Below, piece by piece: positions 55,155-64,000 of a stretch of 64,000 nt of DNA. A model generated the notes under the pieces. It had not been told where the DNA came from, made no database searches, and saw only the letters and a list, made by a program, of their open reading frames with translations. The translations under genes were made by a program, and so were the position numbers. This stretch comes from the human T2T-CHM13v2.0 reference genome, Homo sapiens, in assembly GCF_009914755.1 (NCBI RefSeq), contig NC_060927.1. One strand, written 5' to 3'. Each line of letters starts with the position of its first letter. Within the stretch, counting starts at the first letter, position 1.

Positions 55155-56836
55155 ATCTAGACATTAGCTAACCCAAGCCAAGTAATGCTAAACCCTAGAA
55201 AAATGAAATCTGCAATGATTTTGTCACTAAATTAGCACTCTTAGAGAGCTGCAATTAATAGCACTTCCAGTGTGTATGGATGAGATCTCATCAATTTTCT
55301 TTTGTCTTTGATTTGACCTGCACTGTCCCATAGGTGAGAAAATCTAACAGCTTAAACCCTGGCTCCACCAAGTAGTCAGGCAAGGGGTTTTCACTGTAAG
55401 CATTGACAATTTCCCAAGTTCACAGTTTTAGTATCATTGATACCAAGTCCTGAGGGCATGCTTTGGCTAGTGTGGCTGAGGAGATGAAGTATGGCTCCCT
55501 TATTAACTTGTCAAAGTGTGGTGCAGCTGCATCATTTGCTCACCCATTTGCTTAACTTAAATAAAGGTTGGTGGTTAGGCTTCTGTTGCATTGTGCTCTC
55601 CTGCTAATTATCAGTGTATTTGTTTTAGAGACAATTAGCCACCTGGTTCATTCTCTCATTGAAGTCAGGTCATCATGAGTTACATCTGCTTTCAGGCCTC
55701 CTCAAGTCCAAGACATAATAAAAAGATGATGGCTATGATTATAAAAAGCGTGTGGGGTTGGGCATCAATGGTACAGCATATTGAATTCCCAAGGAGGATT
55801 GAGTTGCATCATTGTACTCACAGAATCTCCTCTCTGCCAGTCACAAAAGAAGATTGTGAATGAAGAACTCTTGTGTAGAGCCAGAAAACCTTTAGCAAGT
55901 GAGAAGAGTATTTACAAAGGTAGACACTAATAATGGCAAAGCAAAGTGAGATGTGATTCCTCCCTGGGGCACTGTGCTGATACAACAAAAAAGTGACAAG
56001 TAAGCACGTCTTAGTGCATGCAGAATTTGCATAAAACTGAAGTTGTTCAGACCTGTGGGTGTTGCCTTTTTAAAAAATGTGCCCGATAATGTGACATAAT
56101 ATTATGCATAGTACACATTTGCTTTTATAACCCCATATGCTCTGGCAAAACTTAGCATTTTGGAGCTAAGACTTTATTATGCTAGGTCCTCACTGAATCA
56201 CATTGATGGTGGAGACACTTTTTGCAGATTTCTGAATTTCGGGAGCTAAGGGTCTATGACATTACCTGATTAGATGGGATGTTGTGTTCTGAGGATGTTA
56301 CTTGACCACAGAAAGGGAAATCAGAAGTTTAGTGTAATTAATCGAGGATGGTTTTTTGTTTGTTTGTTTGTTTGCTGTGGAAGGCCTGGACCTGGATTCA
56401 ATAAAGTGAGAGTGAGTGTTAAACAATTCACTTTGGTCACCTTAATACTAGTCAAGTGGAGACTTTAATACCAGTCAAGTGGAGTATTAAATAATTCACT
56501 TTGCCTACCCTAATACTAGTCAAGTGAGGTTCAATGTTGGGCAAAAATTAAGTGTTTGTAGAAGTTACAGTAACAAGTCAACTTGGCACACTCCAAAAAC
56601 CTTTCACTCTGTGCACTAAGGTAGAATGTAACAGTGAATGCATGGTTCAATCTCAAAATTAGCAGGTAGCTTAAGCCCCACAAGAAATTCCAACTTACAT
56701 AAAACTCAAACCATCCACCAAGCTCTAGAGATTATGGCACTCTCCATAAAGGTACAGTGGATTATTTACAACATATCATCCAGCTTGAATCAGTCAAGAC
56801 AACATAAGCAGAAAGCTAAATTGGAACTCTAAAATT

Positions 56837-57100
56837 GGGTTTCCCAAAGTGAATCCTGGCAGAACATTGGTTCTGTGGGATGTTATGTTGAAAATGAGAT
56901 TCTGTGTCCTCTTAATTTTGGGAAGCAGGGGGTTTAGCTAAGTTAACGAAATTAAAAGTTTATGTAGGGCTTCTAGGAGCTTTTAATATGCTAATGAGCT
57001 TTGTAAAATGCAGTGTTTCCCAAATTTTTAGTCCACAGCACCCCTTTTTCCTGAGCATCTGGCCAGAAGAGTGGTTGGACAAAGCTTTGTTGAGAAACTT
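56837..57100. mobile_element. MER112-like hAT-Charlie MITE
   Basis: GGGTTTCCCAAAGTG...GCTTTTAATATGCTAATG...CAGTGTTTCCCAAATTT. Confidence 0.55.
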
Positions 57101-60100
57101 GCACCAAAGTGTTTGCTCTATCTTAGAGCCTTAGTAAAATTCCAAGTAGATTGGAAGTAGAGTGCAAGTGAGTGCAAGTAGATCATTGTGGGCAGAGGGC
57201 TTATAAAGTTGGGCAGGCAGTCTGGCAATAGTTCCAGTTCACCTACTTATTGTCCTTTCCTTCTCTGTATCTTATCAGGGTTTGGGCTATTCTTACTACA
57301 GGTCTGATATCTGAGCATAAATAATCCCACTTTACATTTTTTAAAAATTGCTGCCTTGTGGAGACTCCGGCTATAATTTGAAATGGCAAGAAATAATTTA
57401 GCTAATTGAACTGAGAAGAAGACCCACAACTTCTGATCACCTGCATAAAATCCATTAGTCTGAAGAAAAATTGTGTAGTACAAAAGGTGGACAAATGAGT
57501 ACAACTGGGTGGGATTGCCCTAATTTACTAATGCAGGAGAAAGTAATTCAGCCTGATTGTACATCACTGATGATGGCATGTTGAGTCTTACTATTTGAAA
57601 ATTTTTGCCAGTTATATGATAAAGTGTGGAACATAAATAATATGGATCAAGTTAGAACACAGGCCCACGAAGGTTACTGTTTTACACACATTGATTCATA
57701 ATACCGGCATTTTAGAGAAAGGAGTCTTGGGACAGCGGCTCCGTACAAATGCATTTCTGTTGTCTAGGGCTATTTTCGTGTTGTGCTTTTCTGCAGACTT
57801 TCACAAGGCTGTTGTAAACTTAATCCTGTTTAGCAATTATGATTTACTTCAATTGGCTCCACTCATTAAGCTGTTTAAACTTAGATTTAAAGAATAATAT
57901 CCACTTTGTTCCTTTACACAACTTTGGGGGGAAAATAAAACATTCAAAATGGGATTCTTGGCAGAGAACAATCGATGTAAGACTCTAAAGCTTACTGTAC
58001 CTTTAATACATATATTTTTCTTCTTTAAGGACTTTGAGTGAGAACCACAAAGCCCATACTGTTTTTAAGGGAGAGGGAGAATGGCTCCTGATAAAAGCCA
58101 ATTACAGACTGAATATATGCTATTTATTTAGACTTGAGAAAATGTGTATCTTGAAAAAAATGTTTATATAATCATATATCAGCACCCTCAGGGTTTTAAA
58201 CCTATTAAAAGCAGCTAAGGAAAAACCAAAAGCATGTCATTCATGGAAGCTTGATAGTGCATGAAAGAAAGAGACAAACAGTGGTTTTGTCTCCTTGGCA
58301 AGGCATGCTATTGAAGTGCATATAGTTGGAGAAGGCTGATTCTAAGGTTGCTAAATGGGTGTAGTTTGGGATTCAGTGTCTGTGTTAGGACATGGCTCTT
58401 GGGCAAGATGCTGTCTTTGAACACTTATTCTTCAAGCCTATCACCTTACACCCTGCTGAGCCTCATCTCCTCAGGACATAATTACATAACTTTCACATGT
58501 TGGTAATGGTGGAATGAGCTATTTAGGAATGACTTGAAGGAAATATATTACATTCATGAATTTTTCAGGTGTGTGTTTTAATCAAAACCAGAAAGTTTCA
58601 ACATGCTGAACTCAATACACTACAGAGTACTAGGCAATATGCTTGGGATGATATTTGCATTTGCATATGAAGAAGTAAGGGGAAAAACCCCTTAAGTCTC
58701 TGAAAGTGCATGTATTTGTGGGAAATCACAGGGCAATGAGGAAATTTTCAAGAAAAACAAAGTAGAAATAATTTTCTTTCCATGGCAGATGATGTCATTA
58801 AATTCAGAACTGTACAACTGGTTAAAATTCCTTTTTGCTTTAGTTGCTGAGATATTTACATTAAACTTGATAGTCATTTGTATTTTTGGAATAGTGATTG
58901 TTATCTTTATTGTATACGATTTTTTAGCTTTTTATTTGTATTTCACACTCCAACTGTGTGGTGCTTTAAAAAAAAAAAAAAAACAACAGACTTTACAAAT
59001 ATTTTACTTTTAAAAATGTAGCTGGCATAGACAATTACAACTTAAAACCCATGCCCCAAGCAAAAATTACAAACAAAATCAAAAGATAGCAATGTTCCTT
59101 GGTAGATGCTTCTGTGTGGCCTTTTTCATTATTATGTGGCATTTTCTGACAAGATTTTAAAACTCTAAAAATGCGTCGTCTCTACAGTGAAGACACCTTT
59201 GGAGCTGATTATGGTTATTACCCATAACTTACTCTCCTCACTTTGAACCGAATTTTCCCTCTTTTAGTCCAGTCCATCTAATTTTAAAGGTAGGTTCAAG
59301 TTAATGAAGCACCTTTTCTTCCTCCATTTAGTCCTCTGAAAACTTCCATCTCCCACAGAAGTTCTAGCAGTGAAGCAGTTGCTGGCTGGGACTTCAGGGC
59401 CCTTGGGCACACTCCCAGCCATCAATCTTGTCATAGACAAACCTGAAAATGCCCAGTCCTAGAAAAGGTAGCCTTATTCCACAGTGTCCACATAGCTTTA
59501 CGTGTATATGTGTGTGTATGTATATATATATATAACAGAAGGCTGTAGGAAGGCAGCGGGAGTGGGAATCATAAAAAATCGGCCAGAGGAAAACCAATGA
59601 AAATGAATAATCCACACTGAGATGCAAAATACCAGATGTTTTAATGTGGGACTCCCAGAGAACAGAACCAATTCAGTATTAAACACTACATTATAAAATA
59701 ACTATTTTAAAAATAGAAAAAAATATTAAGGATTGTCTTAACTGCTGAACAGCTCACTTTTTGTCCCCGATAAATGTCTAATACATCTCCTTCTATTTCC
59801 AGTTATTTTACAGCATAGTTATCAAAAGTCCTCTGACCTTCACAGAGAACCCCGAGTGAGTTCGTTGTGTCCCCTTACTGTTGAGAGTGATTCTCTGAGG
59901 TTCTTGATGTGTATCGTCAGCTTTACCATAAAGCGACTCTCACTGCTGTCCTGTCCAGTGACTTTAAGATATTCTCACTTCTTACCTACCAGTTCCTCAG
60001 TGGAAGGCTTACCTCTTTGTCAGTTGTGGTGGTCATGGCTTTTCCCCCTGGAGTCCTTACAGTAACAACCCCCAGAAGGCAGAATCCTGCTCTGGTGTTA

Positions 60101-60224
60101 TACGTCTTTTCTCTTCCCCACCACACCACCCCCAGCATAGGGCATTTTCCTGTAAAGGGTCTTGAGTCTTTCTGGGAAGTAGCTGGGGAATGAGAGTATA
60201 AAATAATGCTGAGGGTCATGTTCA

Positions 60225-60480
60225 GGCAGCATGGCTTAGAGATTAGATTACAGACATTGAAACCACATATCCTAGACTTAAATTCCGGGTTGCTATTTGC
60301 TAACAATGTAATCCTATCCAAGTCACTTCATCTAGCAAGCCTTAGTTTCCTTATCTGCCAAATGGGGGTAATAAGGGTGACACCCACCCTACTGTTGTAG
60401 GGGTAATAAATTACACTGTGTAAAACATTTAGCACAGTACCTTGCAAATGTTAAGTGCTAAATAAATTTTCGCTGCTATT
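60225..60480 (+). mobile_element. MIR SINE
   Basis: CCTTAGTTTCCTTATCTGCCAAATGGGGGTAATAA...TAAAACATTTAGCACAGTACCTTGCA. Confidence 0.75.
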
Positions 60481-61569
60481 GTGATCATTGACACTCAGGA
60501 ATAAGACAGCAATGTAAGAGTTGTTTTATTGTCCTGAACAAAGGTACAGCCTTCAGTCACATACACGTGTACAGCACACACATTCACACAATGATTAGGG
60601 AGCACTGCAAAGCAATGTACTTGAATGGAAAGCTATGAAAATTAATGTGATTTTTAAGGAAAAGGACATTAGTGTAGAATGGCATAGAGAAAACTTAATT
60701 GCAAAACTGAGACTTCAGCTGGGCCGTAGATGACAAGGAGAGTTTAATAGGTTGACAGAGCAGAAAAATCCATTCTGGTATCAGGCTTGTGGGAATGAGC
60801 ATGGGGTATGTAGGGCACTTGAGAAACTTGGCCAAAAGGACCAGATGTCTTATGTTGAGGAGTGCGTCATGGTTAACACATAGGAGATGCTCCAGAGACA
60901 CTTGTGGATGAAGGAAGGAAAGTGTTTTAGATTTGTAGGATGAGACAAGATGACGGAGGGACTTGAGTGTAAAATGAGGTGTTTGAGCCCAATGTACAGC
61001 AAAATGCAATATGTGAAAGTGACAATTTAGGGATGTTGTTCTAAAGACGTCAGCATGATAGACTGAAAAAAAACAAAAGAACCTAGAGGAAGGAAGAACA
61101 GGTATGAAGGTACAATGGTAATAAGGTTTCCAAGAACCGAACATCTACTGGGGTCTGGCAGTGAGAATAGATAGGGGGAATATCAAGAAGACAAAGGAAA
61201 ATAGATCTCCCCCCAGTCACTCTCTATCCCTTTATTCTGTTTTATTGCCTTCAAAACACTTCTACAATTTGTAAGTCCTTTGTTGATTTATGTATTTACT
61301 TGTTTACTATCCATCTCCTACTCTGGAATGTAAACTCTAGAGAGAAGAGATTGTACTGCTCCTAGAATATTACCAGACTTGTAAGTTGTGTCAGATGAAT
61401 ATAAGACAGGCAGGAAACACTTTTAAGCTATCGGTAGTCATAGGATTGCAAAGGAGACTGACAAAGCAAAGAAACTGGGACAAGCTTATTGGGATAAAAT
61501 GATGACAGCATATATGCATCTACTCATCTTTTCAACAATAATAGTTATTTAGTGGTTATGTAGAAGCCA

Positions 61570-61810
61570 TGCAGACCAGTTATTAAAGTCCAGACTCTGA
61601 CACTGGATGTCATCTGTTTGAGCCCCAGGCTCTACCACTTTCTACCCGTGAAGGGTCTTTGGGGAAGAAACTCTCTGAGTCTTAATTTTTCTCATCTGTA
61701 CAATGGGGATAATACACAGACTAATGTGAAAACTGAGATATGTGTGCTAAACTCCTGGTACAGTGGGTGGCACTACTAAGGAATCAATAAATGATAGCTG
61801 TTGTTATTAC
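61570..61810 (+). mobile_element. MIR SINE
   Basis: CTCTCTGAGTCTTAATTTTTCTCATCTGTACAATGGGGATAATA. Confidence 0.7.
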
Positions 61811-62919
61811 CATGCATTGGGCACTGTCCCAACGTGTGAGGTGGCAGTGAGACAAGCCAATGGAAATATTCTAGAAGCCATCGGACATACAAGTCTGGTG
61901 TTCAAATATGCTTTTATTTCATTTCCTGTTGACTTGGATTGCTACTATTGGCCATATAACAGTGGAAGAAAGCAGTCTCCAAATCTATTTCAGATATATC
62001 TTCTGTAAGGGACTCACAATAACAAAGAAAATTACTATCAAGAAACATGACTGGCTTCTGTTTCTAAGTTTCTTCCTAAGAATTAAATGTTTCTTCCTGA
62101 GGGGTAGGGGTTAGGGAGGGGTATAGAAAGAAGACCTGATAGCTCTTCTAGAAGGAATAACGAAAGAAGTTGGAAACAGCTTTTCTTTTCCTCTTGTAAT
62201 TAAAAATAAGGCTAGAAAATACTTGGCAAAATAATTTTAAAGACGAGTCAAATACTAATTGATGTTTTTTAGCTGATTAAAAAATTCAGGTTCAGTATTT
62301 ATATTTCAGGTACTGCGTTATACAGATTCTTCAAAATGGGTCAGTAGCTGTGCAAGACAGCAGGAAAACTAAAAAATACAGTTCCAAATATCTTGTAGAA
62401 TAATAAAATATAGTCATTTTAACAACCTAGGATACTTTTTTTTTACTATCAAAAAGATTTTTTAAGGTATTACTAATATCAAAGAACAAAGGGAGCTTTA
62501 CTGCCTATGGTAATTCTTGTTCAATGTCTTGCTAATTATTTTTAGAGTAAACTTCAATAAACAGGGAATAGATTAACTGGAACCATAGCAATAGGATGTT
62601 GAAACCCAAAAGGAACTTGGAGATAATTTTAATCGTATTATTCTGCAGATAATGAAGCCCAGAGACTAAAAGGGATTTTCTCAGGCCACACAGCTTCTTG
62701 GAGGCAGAACTTGGACTAGAATCCAAGTTTCTTGATTCCTAACCTGGATTCCTTTCCCCTTCACCAGGTTGGTGGCCTGTGGTAAAGGGGCAAATGTCCA
62801 AATAGGGGACACATTTAAATAGTCAGGCAAATGACCATCAAACTTCCATGATGATTCCCAGGATCTGCATTTATCCAATCTAGTTGTGTTCATCCTAATT
62901 CCAACATAGCTCCTGGACA

Positions 62920-63830
62920 TATCCTAGTGACTTTAGGCCCAGAATGGGCTCTTTATCTCAACAGATGATACCATCATCTACTCTGTTGGCTAAGCAGGAA
63001 CCTGAGCATCATGATTTCTTTCTCCTCCAGGAACCAACTGTTCAATAATGGTTGTCTTCCCCCTTTATGTAACCCGTGAATCCTTCTACCTCTCTCCATC
63101 TCCACTCCCTCCACTCTAGAAGAAGCCACCATCATCTCTCACCAGCAATACTGCTGCAGCCTCTCACATATCCCTCTTCCCTCCTTGTCCTCTCCACCCT
63201 CCCTTCATTGTTATTCATCACATATGGCGAGGAGGATTACTCTAAAATCAAATCTATTGTTCATGTCATGGTCTTCATATACGATCCCTACTGCCTTGAA
63301 GATAAAATATAAACTCCCTTCACTTGAAAGACAAGATGCTGCAAAAACTGGCCCCTGATTATCTCCCCAGCCTCATTTATTCCTTTATTCTCTCCTCAAC
63401 GTGCTGTTCCTTACGCCAAGTTTATGCTCTAACCATTCTAAACTTTGACCTTTTTTTTTTTTCAGATGTAGTAAGTTCTCCTATGCCATTCTCTCTGCCT
63501 TGGATACTTTCCCCTGTATCTTCACCTGGTTAATTTCTAATTATCTTTTAGGTCTTCGATTAGATATTACTTCTTCTGAACAATCTTCCTTGATGACCCA
63601 GCTACTTTACATCTCTGGATGGAATCCTCCTCTTTGCTCTAATGGTAAGTGGTATGTTCACATTATAGCACTTATCACATCTTTTTGTAATTGTCTAAGT
63701 TTTGTTATCTCATTAGCCTATTAGCTCCATATGAGATAGAAATTATGTCCAACTTCTGTGTGGGCACTCCACCACCTATTGCGGTTCCTGGTATGTAACT
63801 ACAAATAGTTGGTGAACGAATGAATGAATG
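62920..63830. mobile_element. L2 LINE 3' region
   Basis: CACCATCATCTCTCACC...CTACTGCCTTGAAGATAAAATATAAACTCC...tail GAACGAATGAATGAATGA. Confidence 0.7.
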
Positions 63831-64000
63831 AGGTCTTTTTAATTTTCTCAAATTCCTCATAGAGTTAAGAGAGATTGAGTTGAGTTGAGGATGGATGGGA
63901 AACGATATGGACAGAAATATCCAAGAATGGAGTCAGGGAGGAGGCAGAATATCTTTTGTTTCCTCCCTGTTTGGAATTCTAGTGAAGAACAGTGTCAGGG

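Noticed and set aside
58860-58983. U-rich 3'UTR-like stretch followed by an A-run, suggesting a processed pseudogene tail
   Set aside because: No adjacent AATAAA, no TSD and no upstream coding remnant were recognised.
60695-61144. 149-aa minus-strand ORF
   Set aside because: Lies in L2-like decayed sequence with no convincing protein motif.

Overview
Primate (almost certainly human) non-coding genomic DNA, AT-rich and dense in interspersed repeats. There is no intact conventional protein-coding gene; all long ORFs come from decayed L1 or Tigger1, or from low-complexity DNA. Four + strand exons with canonical splice sites (1625-1689, 9609-9696, 35760-35879, and a terminal exon 38112-~39070 with AATAAA) form the 3' half of a spliced lncRNA. 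From recalled transcript sequence I tentatively identify it as ADAMTS9-AS2 (chr3p14); this is not verified by a search. The introns hold a full-length, ORF-disrupted L1PA3/L1PA4-type LINE (21800-27921, minus), a full-length Tigger1 (28523-30899, minus), and a ~1.25 kb compound (CT)n/CATTAGGATTGCC array. Alu, MIR, L2, MaLR/ERVL LTR and hAT MITE fossils are scattered throughout. The most interesting observations are: (1) a 70-codon strong-Kozak ORF that appears only after splicing three lncRNA exons; (2) the CT array, which reads in the sense RNA as ~35 tandem 3' splice-acceptor mimics; (3) a direct-plus-inverted local duplication straddling the L1 insertion site; (4) the L1 antisense promoter pointing into the downstream lncRNA exons. 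Repeat subfamily names and old-repeat boundaries are by-eye estimates. I cannot establish a new biological system from sequence alone.
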